Of a DNA stretch of 64,000 bases, positions 31,321 through 40,609 are shown in pieces. This DNA is from an uncultured Lachnospiraceae bacterium. GTDB taxonomy: Bacteria > Bacillota > Clostridia > Oscillospirales > CAG-272. A model generated the notes under the pieces. The model made no database searches. It saw only the letters and a program-made list of their open reading frames with translations, and was not told the DNA's origin. Positions within the stretch are counted from its first letter, which is position 1; the number at the start of each line of letters is the position of its first letter. The position numbers and the translations under genes were made by a program. Location of the stretch: positions 6,548 through 70,547 of the forward strand of contig CAYOFP010000001.1 in assembly GCA_964403505.1 (NCBI GenBank), given 5' to 3'.

Positions 31321-31599
31321 TTAAACGATCATTTCAAGAATAATGATCAACAAAAACACTGCCGTAAAAGACAGATCAAGCGGACAGGTCCTTACCCACT
31401 CGAATCTGTAAAGAAACCTCCTCATCGGCTCTAAGATAGGCTCTGTAAACACAAAAAGAACCTCTTGTATTTTAAGGAGCGTTTCATTGTCACTATCAGG
31501 GAACCATGAAAGTATCGCCCGACCGAAAAGCATAAGCTCAAAAAACCTGAGCACCATAAAAATAACGCTTCTTAACAGTATCAGCGCAAGCAATTTCAT
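31321..31599 (-). CDS. yggT: YggT family membrane protein
   Basis: 92 aa, two TM segments, in the conserved sepF-yggT-divIVA context. Confidence 0.85.
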   Translation of the reverse strand: MKLLALILLRSVIFMVLRFFELMLFGRAILSWFPDSDNETLLKIQEVLFVFTEPILEPMRRFLYRFEWVRTCPLDLSFTAVFLLIIILEMIV

Positions 31600-31685
31600 A
31601 CCCCCATTAAAGCATATTATACCTCTCCCGATAAAACGAGAGAGGTATCATAATTCACAATAGCCAAGCGGTTTCCCGCAATATA

Positions 31686-32138
31686 TCAAAAGTCTCCGAA
31701 TGTATCCTGCTTCGGCTGAGGTCTTGCCGCCCTGTCAGCTGATAAAACGACATTATTCGGCGTGATAACAAACGTATGGTCTGCGACCTTCTTCAAATTA
31801 CCGTCGATCGAATAAGCAACTCCGGAAAGAAAGTCGATCAGTCTTCTTGCAACTTCGGGATTTGTCTCCTCGAGATTAAGCACTACGGTACGTTTCTCGA
31901 GCAGATGGTCTGCAATACCCGATGCGTCCTCAAAGCGCTCAGGCTTTACGACCTTGAGCTCCAGCGCATTGGGCTGAAATCCCTGCGGTGCACTCTGCGG
32001 TGCAGGTGCGCTGCCGTATCCCTGCTGGTAACCGTCGCCGTATCCTGCGTCATCACCGTCGAATATGTAGTCATTATCATCATAGCCGTCGATCGTATCC
32101 GGATTCATCAGGTGATTGATTTTATCTACGAATCCCAT
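31686..32138 (-). CDS. sepF: Cell division protein SepF
   Basis: 150 aa. C-terminal SepF core (VVKPERFEDA...VVLNLE...RLIDFLSG). Confidence 0.9.
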   Translation of the reverse strand: MGFVDKINHLMNPDTIDGYDDNDYIFDGDDAGYGDGYQQGYGSAPAPQSAPQGFQPNALELKVVKPERFEDASGIADHLLEKRTVVLNLEETNPEVARRLIDFLSGVAYSIDGNLKKVADHTFVITPNNVVLSADRAARPQPKQDTFGDF

Positions 32139-32222
32139 TTATTTTTACCTCCGAGAACATATTTACTCATAATATTATACTGATTATATCATATAAATTA
32201 TGAAAATTCAAGAGTTTTAGCA

Positions 32223-32906
32223 CTATTTGTAGTTTCTTTTGCCGAAAAGAGCGCTGCCGACCCGTATCATGTTACTGCCGCACTCGAGCGCGAGCTCATA
32301 GCTGTCTGACATACCCATGGAAAGAACAGGAGATGCAACGTCAGCAAGGCATTTTTTTGTGAATTCTTCGTAAATTTTTCTCGCCCGGGTAAAATACTTC
32401 CTGTATTCGTCATCAGTCGATCCTGCCGGTGCCATAGTCATTATCCCGCAAATTTTTATATGCTCGAGGGTGCGTATCTTTTCATAAAAGCCGAAGATCT
32501 CCTCGGCGGCGATACCACCCTTACTCTCCTCATTTGCGATATTTATCTCGATCAGGGCATCCATTCTGCGCCCGACACGGGCGCATTGTTTATCAAGCTC
32601 ATGTGCGAGCTTTTCTGAGTCAAGGGAATGTATCATAGACACCTTGTCGGCAATATACTTGCATTTATTTGACTGCAAAGAACCGATGAGGTGTATATCT
32701 GCCTTGTCTTTTGAGAGTTCATCGTATTTGGAGAGCAGTTCCTGCACTCTGTTTTCACCGATAAGCGAAAGGCCGAGAGTATCAACGGCATAATTGATCG
32801 TTTCGCACGGCACCGTCTTTGTAGCAGCAAGAAGACGTGCGCCGTACCGCTCGGCAATATCCGATATTTTTTTATAATTTTCTTCGAGTTCTTTTAAATA
32901 CGTCAT
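32223..32906 (-). CDS. yggS: YggS family pyridoxal-phosphate homeostasis protein
   Basis: 227 aa. LLAATKT (PLP lysine) and HLIGSLQSNK motifs. Confidence 0.92.
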   Translation of the reverse strand: MTYLKELEENYKKISDIAERYGARLLAATKTVPCETINYAVDTLGLSLIGENRVQELLSKYDELSKDKADIHLIGSLQSNKCKYIADKVSMIHSLDSEKLAHELDKQCARVGRRMDALIEINIANEESKGGIAAEEIFGFYEKIRTLEHIKICGIMTMAPAGSTDDEYRKYFTRARKIYEEFTKKCLADVASPVLSMGMSDSYELALECGSNMIRVGSALFGKRNYK

Positions 32907-34153
32907 TCTATCACCCTTCCCTCATACAGATCCTTACCCGATGTTATTACGAGATCGCAATATCCGAGATAATTAGCCACGGAATCATCGCTCATTGTGT
33001 CCTGCTCCTCGACTATGAAATACCCGTCTGCTTCGGCGAGAGGAATGATCTTCTTGAAGTGCACGGTACTTCCGCTGAGGATATAAACGCCGCGCACTCC
33101 GTCTTTTACACGGATGGCAGACGACGGCACCTTATACCCCGTGTATTCCTCACGTATGATATATACGCTCTGCGCACGCAGGTAATTGAAATCCTGCGGA
33201 TTTTCGCTCGATGAAAATACGAGTACGCATCTTTTACCGTTTTCGGGAACGATCACACGTTCGAGATTCATGGATATGATCACATCGGAATTATATGGGA
33301 ACATAATATCATATTCCCTGTCGACCGTATATTTTTTCATATCCTCGACGTCTATCTCGGTCGCAACATACCATTTGAAGCCGGTCACTATTTTACCGAT
33401 GGCATAACCCGATTCCGACTCGGGCTCTGCCGATATCATCGAGTCAAAATCGGCAACGGTCATATCATCGACCTTGTCCGCCGAAAAAACACTCTCATAT
33501 CCGTCGACCCCCATATAAAAATACCCCGATTGACTTGCCGTGATCTCTGTATAAGCATCACCGAGTCCTGCGATAAGCGCCTTTTCCTGCGCCTCGAGCG
33601 ATGATACCTGATAGTCGAAATCGCTTACCGTACCGACGATTATCTTCCTACGGTTCAGTAGTACATTGAGCTCATCACGCTTCTGCAAAGCGAAGTCGAT
33701 GTCCCCCTCGCTCTTTTTTTTCATTATTTCGGCATAAAGTGCGGATATTTCTTTATCTATAATCTCCGTACCGACGAATTTCGTTCCGTCGTCTACCGTC
33801 GAGCGCGAGAGGATCGATATCTTGTTGTCGTATTTTACGAGCTTGGTACGTATTTCGTCTCCGCCGCTGCCCGAATATACACGTGCGACGATACTGTCAC
33901 GGGATGCACGCTCACCGTCTGTATACTGATATGAAACACCGCCTGCGCTGCCTGAATACAGCACCTTTTCCTGCCGCATGATATACCCGATATGCTTCTC
34001 ACGCTCGTCTACAGTTGCCTTTTCGGCAGGAACGACCGTGATATTATCTCCTCCGGAGCGCACAAGGGCATAGCCGATATATGCCATAATGCCTATGCAT
34101 ATCACGGCAGTCAAAAAATATGTAATTACGTTTTTAAGATACTTTTTATCCAT
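32903..34153 (-). CDS. Membrane-anchored HlyD-like/membrane-fusion-like protein, unknown function
   Basis: The start at MDKKYLKN abuts the miaA stop. One N-terminal TM, a coiled-coil region, and a beta-rich C-terminus. Confidence 0.6.
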   Translation of the reverse strand: MDKKYLKNVITYFLTAVICIGIMAYIGYALVRSGGDNITVVPAEKATVDEREKHIGYIMRQEKVLYSGSAGGVSYQYTDGERASRDSIVARVYSGSGGDEIRTKLVKYDNKISILSRSTVDDGTKFVGTEIIDKEISALYAEIMKKKSEGDIDFALQKRDELNVLLNRRKIIVGTVSDFDYQVSSLEAQEKALIAGLGDAYTEITASQSGYFYMGVDGYESVFSADKVDDMTVADFDSMISAEPESESGYAIGKIVTGFKWYVATEIDVEDMKKYTVDREYDIMFPYNSDVIISMNLERVIVPENGKRCVLVFSSSENPQDFNYLRAQSVYIIREEYTGYKVPSSAIRVKDGVRGVYILSGSTVHFKKIIPLAEADGYFIVEEQDTMSDDSVANYLGYCDLVITSGKDLYEGRVIE

Positions 34154-35079
34154 TACTGCCCTTTTAAAAAATTTTCTGTCATGGCAAGAGCCTGTTCCTT
34201 CATTTCCGGGAATGAAAGCAGATCGCCATCGATCCATTTAATATTTTTATTTCGTGAAAACCACGTAAGCTGTCGTTTCGCATAATTGCGAGAGGCTCGC
34301 TTTATCTCAGATACGGCAAAATCAAGGGTGCAATTCCCGTCGAGATATTCGCATATTTCCTTATAACCTATCGCCGCCGCAGCATTCGACCCTCTCTCAA
34401 GTCCGAGTGCTCTTACCTCGTCAAGGAGCCCTTTTTCCATCATAATATCGACACGGCGCTCTATCCTCTCATACAGCACCGCACGCTCCGAACAGCGCAG
34501 TCCGATGATCAAGGCATCATACGGCGTATCTGCTATACGGGAAAGCCTGTCCCATTCGGTTTTGGTCTTTCCGGTGAGCACATACGTCTCTATCGCCCGA
34601 ATCACGCGTTTTTTGTTGTTTTTATGGGTTGCGAGCGCTGAGTCTTTATCTATTTCATAAAGCTGACCCCACAGCTCGTCCTCGCTTTTTTGAGAAAGTT
34701 CGGTGCGAAGCGCCTCGTCAACTCCCGCCGCAGAAAAAGCATTTCCCGTCAGCACGCTGTCAAGATACAGACCCGTACCGCCGCAGAAGACCGGCACTTT
34801 CCCACGCGAAATGATATCGTCCGTCACTTCCCTTGCACGCACAGCATAATCTGCGCAGGAAAAATCGTCACTCACCGAGCAAATGTCTATCATATGGTGG
34901 GGTATCCCTTTTTTCTCCGCCTCAGTCACCTTCGCCGTGCCGATGTCCATCCCACGGTATATCTGCATCGAATCGCAGGATACTACCTCGCCGCCGAAGG
35001 CAGAGCATATTTCTATTGAAAGCGCCGTTTTGCCGACCGCCGTCGGCCCAACAACAGCTATAACCTTTGGTTTTGCCAC
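34153..35079 (-). CDS. miaA: tRNA dimethylallyltransferase
   Basis: P-loop VVGPTAVGKT and HHMID motifs. 308 aa. Confidence 0.95.
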   Translation of the reverse strand: MAKPKVIAVVGPTAVGKTALSIEICSAFGGEVVSCDSMQIYRGMDIGTAKVTEAEKKGIPHHMIDICSVSDDFSCADYAVRAREVTDDIISRGKVPVFCGGTGLYLDSVLTGNAFSAAGVDEALRTELSQKSEDELWGQLYEIDKDSALATHKNNKKRVIRAIETYVLTGKTKTEWDRLSRIADTPYDALIIGLRCSERAVLYERIERRVDIMMEKGLLDEVRALGLERGSNAAAAIGYKEICEYLDGNCTLDFAVSEIKRASRNYAKRQLTWFSRNKNIKWIDGDLLSFPEMKEQALAMTENFLKGQ

Positions 35080-35143
35080 ACTTCACCTTTAATTATTAAA
35101 ACTACACTGCCGATAGTTACGGGATGTAAAGCGGAAACACTTA

Positions 35144-35410
35144 TTACTGACTGATAATGCTTTGATTATCAGCTGTTCCGTATTCTCTTTTCATGGCCTC
35201 AACGGAAACGACCCATTGTTTGCCGAATTTACACACATCAACACCGTTGACAAGCTTTTCGTATGTGATCGTTTTGCGAAGCGTACTTTCGTTGAGTCCC
35301 CAAAGTTCAGTTGCATCGCTGAACGACATAAGACCGTCAAACGGGGTATCGACCTGAACACCGTTCTCCCAAAGCTCATCACAAGAAAGATCAAGATCAC
35401 CAAATATCAT
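35144..35410 (-). CDS. Small helix-turn-helix domain protein
   Basis: 88 aa. [20 protein letters not shown]...FGKQWVV motif. 4-nt overlap with the queA stop. Confidence 0.6.
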   Translation of the reverse strand: MIFGDLDLSCDELWENGVQVDTPFDGLMSFSDATELWGLNESTLRKTITYEKLVNGVDVCKFGKQWVVSVEAMKREYGTADNQSIISQ

Positions 35411-36474
35411 AAAATCAGGCAGGCGTCGCCGAACGAAAAGAAATGATACTTCTTTTCGACCGCCTCGGCGTAAGCGTTCAGCATGATCTCACGAGAGGAG
35501 AAGGCCGACACGAGCATGAGCAGAGTGCTCTCGGGCAGATGAAAATTCGTTATCAGCGCATCTACCGCCTTGAATTGATATCCGGGGTAGATGAATATGC
35601 CGGTATCGCCGGACATGGCAATGATACGGCCGTTCTCGTCCGCTACGCTCTCGAGGGTACGGCAGGAGGTCGTGCCGACGCATATGATGCGTCCGCCCGA
35701 TTCTTTTGCTGAATTGATAATATCCGCACTTTCCTGCGAGACCGAAAAATACTCGGTATGCATCACGTGGTCATTGATATTATCCACCTTTACGGGTCGG
35801 AAGGTACCTAACCCGACGTGGAGCATGACAGGGGCGATTTTTACGCCTTTTGCTTTTATCCGCTCAAGCAGCTCTTCCGTAAAATGAAGTCCTGCGGTCG
35901 GGGCGGCGGCGCTTCCCTCCTCCCTTGCGTATACCGTCTGATACCTCTCTTTTTTTTCGAGGCGCTCGGTGATATACGGCGGAAGCGGCATATTGCCTAT
36001 CTTATCAAGTATCGCAAAAAAATTGCTCTCTTTTTTGTCGTATTCAAAGCTTAGCAGTCTGTTGCCTCCCTCGAGCGTTTCATCTACCGTTGCACGAAGT
36101 ATGCCGTCACCGAATATAATAACAGTACCGGCCTTGAGACGCCGTCCGGGACGAACGAGAGCCTCCCATTGATCGAGGCCTCTTTCACGCAAAAGGACGA
36201 TCTCGCACTCGACGCCCGTTGATTCCTTGACGCCGTAAAGGCGGGCTGGAATAACCTTCGAGTCATTGATGACGAGCACGTCATTCGGCGCAAGATAGTC
36301 TATCACATCATGAAATATTCTATCCTCGGTCTCGCCCGTCGCTTTATTTATCACCATAAGACGGGAATTATCCCGCTGTTCCGCCGGATGCTGGGCGATC
36401 AGCTCCTTCGGCAGATCGTAATAAAAATCGCTCGTTTTTAAATCTGTTTGTTCTCTTTTATTTTTGATTACCAT
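35407..36474 (-). CDS. queA: S-adenosylmethionine:tRNA ribosyltransferase-isomerase
   Basis: [32 protein letters not shown] and [12 protein letters not shown] motifs. The start is chosen at MVIKNK. Confidence 0.93.
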   Translation of the reverse strand: MVIKNKREQTDLKTSDFYYDLPKELIAQHPAEQRDNSRLMVINKATGETEDRIFHDVIDYLAPNDVLVINDSKVIPARLYGVKESTGVECEIVLLRERGLDQWEALVRPGRRLKAGTVIIFGDGILRATVDETLEGGNRLLSFEYDKKESNFFAILDKIGNMPLPPYITERLEKKERYQTVYAREEGSAAAPTAGLHFTEELLERIKAKGVKIAPVMLHVGLGTFRPVKVDNINDHVMHTEYFSVSQESADIINSAKESGGRIICVGTTSCRTLESVADENGRIIAMSGDTGIFIYPGYQFKAVDALITNFHLPESTLLMLVSAFSSREIMLNAYAEAVEKKYHFFSFGDACLIL

Positions 36475-36549
36475 TCTCTTTAACCCTATAAGGCAATACC
36501 GCATAATTCTGACGGTATAATTGCGCAGACAGATTTTTCGTCAGACGAA

Positions 36550-36757
36550 ACAAATTGAGGAGGCAAGAGTAGAGCCTCTGCTTAAGCACAACAAACCCAT
36601 CTGAACACGCCCGAAAGGGCAAATCTACGGCGATTTTGTGTTTGTCGTCTTTGTAAGGCGGACGTATTCGTATGGGTTTGTTGTGCTTACGAAATTTGTG
36701 AAGTATGACGGAAAATATGCAAGCAAGTATGCCGTCAAGGTATTAGCCTCAAATTGT
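36550..36757 (+). ncRNA. Structured leader upstream of dapA: candidate lysine (L-box) riboswitch. Alternatively the core of a MITE-like palindromic element.
   Basis: L-box-like motifs occur in the right order: TTGAGG...GAGTAG...CCGAAAGGG...GCCGTCAAGG...CCTCAA. The last one closes a P1-like helix with the first. The element lies directly 5' of dapA, a classic L-box target. Against this, the interior contains an atypically long 17-20 bp perfect helix (36584-36600 with 36672-36688). Confidence 0.4.
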
Positions 36758-36823
36758 GCGGTATTGTCTTAAATATACATAATAATTATACATCAAAGAT
36801 ATTATATTTGCAAGTGGGTTAAA

Positions 36824-37711
36824 ATGATTAAAGAAACTATTTTCGAGGGCGTTGGTACTGCTCTCGTGACGCCTTTTATAAATGATACAATCGATTTCAA
36901 TGCGTTCGAGCGACTGATAGAAAGGCAGATAAAAGCCAAAGTCCCCGCCGTTATCGTATGCGGCACTACAGGAGAGAGCGCAACGCTGACAAACGAGGAA
37001 CACAGACGTGTCATACGATTTGCATGCGAGACAGCCAAGGGCAGAATAAAAGTGATCGCTGGCACCGGCTCAAACGACACACGTCATTCGATAAAAATGT
37101 CGATGTACGCTTGCGAGGCAGGCGCCGACGCCCTGCTCGTAGTATCGCCCTATTACAACAAAGCGACCGGCGAGGGGCTGATCAGAAGCTATACTGCGAT
37201 AGCGAATGCCGTAAAAAAACCCATCATCATATATAACGTACCGTCGAGGACGTGTGTCGATATTTCGCCGCAGGTATATGCCGCCCTGTGCTCCCACCCG
37301 AATATTTATGCGGTCAAGGAGGCGTCGTCAAGCGTATCAAAAATATCCGAGATAATAAATCAATGCGGCGATGGATTCGATATCTACTCGGGCAACGATG
37401 ATCTCACCCTGCCGCTTCTCTCGCTCGGCGCAAAGGGTGTTATCTCGGTACTATCGAATATCCTGCCGGAACAAATGAATGAATTATGTGCGGCATTTGC
37501 AAGAGCGGATCTCGCCGAGGCACGCAGGATACACCTGACGCTTGCACCGCTGATGCGTGCCATGTTTTGCGAGGTCAATCCCATTCCCGTAAAATACGCA
37601 ATGAGCCGTATGGGCCTCTGTCGTGCAGATGTCAGACTGCCGCTTTGCGAGATATCAGAGACGGCAAAAGCACGAGTAGACGCCGAGCTTGAAAAGCTCG
37701 CATTGATATAA
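36824..37711 (+). CDS. dapA: 4-hydroxy-tetrahydrodipicolinate synthase
   Basis: 295 aa. GVGTALVTPF, GTTGES, YNVPSRT and VKEAS (catalytic Lys region) motifs. Confidence 0.95.
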   Translation: MIKETIFEGVGTALVTPFINDTIDFNAFERLIERQIKAKVPAVIVCGTTGESATLTNEEHRRVIRFACETAKGRIKVIAGTGSNDTRHSIKMSMYACEAGADALLVVSPYYNKATGEGLIRSYTAIANAVKKPIIIYNVPSRTCVDISPQVYAALCSHPNIYAVKEASSSVSKISEIINQCGDGFDIYSGNDDLTLPLLSLGAKGVISVLSNILPEQMNELCAAFARADLAEARRIHLTLAPLMRAMFCEVNPIPVKYAMSRMGLCRADVRLPLCEISETAKARVDAELEKLALI

Positions 37712-37713
37712 AA

Positions 37714-37747
37714 ACGGGCTGTCGCAAGTATTCTTGCGACAGCCCGT
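37714..37747 (-). terminator. Strong hairpin whose T-run is on the minus strand
   Basis: A 15-bp stem ACGGGCTGTCGCAAG-tatt-CTTGCGACAGCCCGT. The minus strand continues TTTTT. The plus strand has no T-run. Confidence 0.55.
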
Positions 37748-37962
37748 TCCGGTCTGCAAACAAAATCAACAAACAAATTATAAAATCTTTACGGCTTTAG
37801 ATGAGATTATATTTGAGATATCCCCCAAGGCTCCCCTTGCACAGAGGAGCCTTAGGAGAGCGGACAAATTATTCCTTGAATTACAGAGATATAATTGCTT
37901 CTTGATTCTGCATTCCGAGCAAGAAAAACAACAGCGCAAAGACCGAACTCAGCTTCGCGCTG

Positions 37963-38030
37963 AAAGGGCCGTCGCCGATGGCGACAGCCCTTTTTTACCC
38001 ATGAGGGAGCGGAAAGTTCCCTCTTTTTAT
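37963..38030 (+). terminator. Two consecutive plus-strand terminator hairpins
   Basis: GGGCCGTCGCC-gatg-GCGACAGCCC then TTTTTT. Next, GAGGGA-gcggaaagt-TCCCTC then TTTTT. Confidence 0.5.
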
Positions 38031-38039
38031 TATGATTTG

Positions 38040-40106
38040 TTATTTCACGTTTGCGATATTCTGACCGTAGCGCATGAGGATGGACGCAACCTGTGCACGG
38101 GTCGCACCGCCCTTCGGGTCGAGGTAATCGGTATTACCTGATTTCACGCCGGTGATGAGCTTTTCGGCGTATGCCCAGGAAAGTGCGTCCGCCGCATAGT
38201 CCGAGGTTTTCGCTCCGTCCGGGAAGGCATTCAGGTCTTCACTCTTTGTGACATCATAACCTTTTTTCTCTGCATAGCGGTGAAGAATCGTCGCCATCTG
38301 CTCACGGGTGATGTTACCCATCGGTTCAAATGTATCGTCGGTGATTCTATAGACGATACCGTTCGCCGCCGCCCATGTTACTGCGTCGGTGTACCACTGA
38401 CCCGACGGCACATCAGTAAAGGGATTTTCTGCACTCGCCGTAGGTTTTCCCTCCATGCGCCATAATACCGTCACTAACATCGCACGGGTCATCATCACGT
38501 TAGGCGCAAACTCCGTCGGAGATGTGCCGCTGAAGAGATTATGCTCGACTGCATACTGTACCGCATCCTCATACCATGAACCCGGTATGACATCCTTAAA
38601 GGTCTTGGTCACATTCTGTGCCCCTGTTGCCGGAATTACCGTCACATCCGTTTTTGCACTGCATCGTGTGCAGTGATGGGATTTACTGCCTGTCGTAGTC
38701 TTGGTTGCAGGGATATCGACCGTCCACTCGGTAGAATAATTATGCCCGAGCGCATTAACCGAGCGCTGCTCCTCCGCTCCGCACGAACAGGTTCGCCGTT
38801 CCGTTCCGGCAGTCGTGCAAGTTGCGGCTGTTACCGTACTCCATGCTCCGTAGGTGTGTTTATGCTCGGCTATAGTAAAGTAAACGTAATCACTAAACAT
38901 ACAATTCGTGTTATTATTTACAGCTGCAACAGAGGCATGATATGTTCCTGCACTCAACGGGTAATCAAATGATGTTGCATATACACCATATTGCATTAAA
39001 ATCTGTTGTTCGTTTTCATCGAAAATTCTCACATCGTAATAATCAGCATTACTGCAAGCATTCCATTCCAAATGCACTTTGCTTCCAATATCCCTTGCCG
39101 TTACAACAGGTTTGGATGGCGTTACGGCAGGCGTAGGGGAATCCGGATTGGCTTTCCACTGGGCTCTAAGTGTGTTTGCTCCCCAGCCGGAAGGAATCGG
39201 ATCACCGGGATTATAAAAGTTTCCGTCCCAATCATCTTTCCAATTTATGAATGTATATCCGACCTTTACGGGAATATCGGTCGAGAATTTCGCACCACTG
39301 TTATATACGAATGACTGAACAGGAGGCGCACCTGTTCCGCCGTTTGCATCATAAGTAATCGTGTATGTATTAGGTTTCCAAAGCGCATAGAACGTAATAT
39401 CCTGATTCACATTTGTAATACCGCCCGGCCAGCCGGTAGGCTCCGTCGCATTCGGCAATGGCGCCCAACCTATAAATGTGTACATCGCCCTGCTCGGCAC
39501 AATATTGCTTATAGTCAATGGAACATCGTGTTGCTTGGTCTGTGGGGACGGTGCGCCGATGCCACCGTTGGCATTATAGGAAATTGTATAAGTTTTGACG
39601 GTTGCCGAATTCAAAACTCGGCGCACACTGCAAGTGAATTTCCACTCCGCTTTGTTGTCTCGCCAAATGCCGGACAGTTTATCTTCTTTGCTGTTGGTGC
39701 CCTCTTTATGAGCCTGTATAATCATTCCGTTGCCGGAATAAATTCCAACATGGTCAGATTTTCCGTCACCCTGATAATCAAAAAAGATTAAATCCCCCTC
39801 CTTTAGATTTCTCAAATATGCATCATAACTACTCAAGGAATAAGAAACGGCTGTCCCGTAGTTTCGTTGAGAGTTTTGATCTCCACTTCCGACACTAATT
39901 CCAAAGTGATTGCACACATACCAAACTAAACCGCAACAATCGAATCCTTTAGTGCTACGGCCACCCTTAACATAAGGAATGCCGATACAGTTTTGCCGTG
40001 CAAATGCAACGAAATCACTACTGGAAACACTTTGTGCCAAAGCGGTCGGCATGAGCGCAATATACATTGACGCTATCAATAGTATTGCCACTATTCGTTT
40101 TTTCAT
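38040..40106 (-). CDS. SLH-anchored cell-wall hydrolase: NlpC/P60 domain, two Listeria-Bacteroides (Flg_new) repeats, an Ig-like region, a Cys-rich module and three SLH domains
   Basis: Signal peptide MKKRIVAILLIASMYIALMPTALA. NlpC/P60 motif GGRSTKGFDCCGLVWY. YTISYNANGG and YTITYDANGG repeats. C-terminal FKDVIPGSWYEDAV, FTDVPSGQWYTDAV and FPDGAKTSDYAADAL SLH repeats. AGGTGA RBS. Confidence 0.88.
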   Translation of the reverse strand: MKKRIVAILLIASMYIALMPTALAQSVSSSDFVAFARQNCIGIPYVKGGRSTKGFDCCGLVWYVCNHFGISVGSGDQNSQRNYGTAVSYSLSSYDAYLRNLKEGDLIFFDYQGDGKSDHVGIYSGNGMIIQAHKEGTNSKEDKLSGIWRDNKAEWKFTCSVRRVLNSATVKTYTISYNANGGIGAPSPQTKQHDVPLTISNIVPSRAMYTFIGWAPLPNATEPTGWPGGITNVNQDITFYALWKPNTYTITYDANGGTGAPPVQSFVYNSGAKFSTDIPVKVGYTFINWKDDWDGNFYNPGDPIPSGWGANTLRAQWKANPDSPTPAVTPSKPVVTARDIGSKVHLEWNACSNADYYDVRIFDENEQQILMQYGVYATSFDYPLSAGTYHASVAAVNNNTNCMFSDYVYFTIAEHKHTYGAWSTVTAATCTTAGTERRTCSCGAEEQRSVNALGHNYSTEWTVDIPATKTTTGSKSHHCTRCSAKTDVTVIPATGAQNVTKTFKDVIPGSWYEDAVQYAVEHNLFSGTSPTEFAPNVMMTRAMLVTVLWRMEGKPTASAENPFTDVPSGQWYTDAVTWAAANGIVYRITDDTFEPMGNITREQMATILHRYAEKKGYDVTKSEDLNAFPDGAKTSDYAADALSWAYAEKLITGVKSGNTDYLDPKGGATRAQVASILMRYGQNIANVK

Positions 40107-40265
40107 AAAGATCACCTGTTGACCGTTTTAAGGTCAGCACAAATAGGAACGAAAAAGTGCAGACAAACGGTCACCTTTCTGTTATTTTGGAATTCTTGTT
40201 TCACACAAGTATTTTTTCGGGTTTATCGTAATTGAAATAATTACCTAGTATTATATCTTTATATA

Positions 40266-40294
40266 AGTATATATCTAAATAAGTGAATTGTCAA
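40266..40294 (-). promoter_or_regulatory. Promoter of the NlpC/P60-SLH gene (TTGACA-17 nt-TATACT)
   Basis: Minus strand reads TTGACAattcacttatttagataTATACT. Its -35 overlaps the -35 of the divergent XRE promoter. Confidence 0.5.
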
Positions 40295-40316
40295 GTAGTT
40301 ATATATCTATTAAAAT
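40288..40316 (+). promoter_or_regulatory. Promoter of the small XRE gene (TTGTCA-17 nt-TAAAAT)
   Basis: Plus strand reads TTGTCAagtagttatatatctatTAAAAT, 18 nt before the GAGGTGA RBS. Confidence 0.5.
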
Positions 40317-40334
40317 ATACTCTGAGGTGATGTT

Positions 40335-40535
40335 ATGATTCGCATATGTCTTGATAAAACATTAGATAGGTTAAATATAAGCAGATATGAGCTTGCAAAA
40401 CGAACCGGCATACAATATCAAATCATCGATAATTATTACAAAAACAAGGTAAAAAGATATGACAGTTATGTTTTAGAGCGTATATGTTCGGCTCTGAATT
40501 GCGATGTATCTGAAATAATAGAGTTTATAAAATAA
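40335..40535 (+). CDS. XRE (Cro/C1-type) family helix-turn-helix transcriptional regulator
   Basis: 66 aa. LNISRYELAKRTGIQYQIIDNYYKNK is a typical HTH_3/HTH_26 sequence. Confidence 0.85.
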   Translation: MIRICLDKTLDRLNISRYELAKRTGIQYQIIDNYYKNKVKRYDSYVLERICSALNCDVSEIIEFIK

Positions 40536-40574
40536 CACTTGACACCGCCATTAGGTGTCAAGTGTTATTTTTTC
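40531..40574 (+). terminator. Rho-independent terminator (16-bp stem) of the XRE gene; bidirectional with mnmA
   Basis: AATAACACTTGACACC-gccatta-GGTGTCAAGTGTTATT then TTTTT. Confidence 0.8.
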
Positions 40575-40609
40575 GTATTTAAAGTGAATTTTATTCTTTC
40601 GTCTTACCG

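Noticed and set aside
37734-38141. 135-aa plus-strand ORF across the dapA/hydrolase intergenic region
   Set aside because: It starts inside the dapA terminator hairpin, runs through two further terminators and into the antisense of the SLH gene. It has no RBS.
40107-40265. c-di-AMP (ydaO-type) riboswitch in the leader of the NlpC/P60 hydrolase gene
   Set aside because: The leader is AT-rich. It has one simple stem and none of the conserved ydaO pseudo-symmetric motifs that I can recognise.
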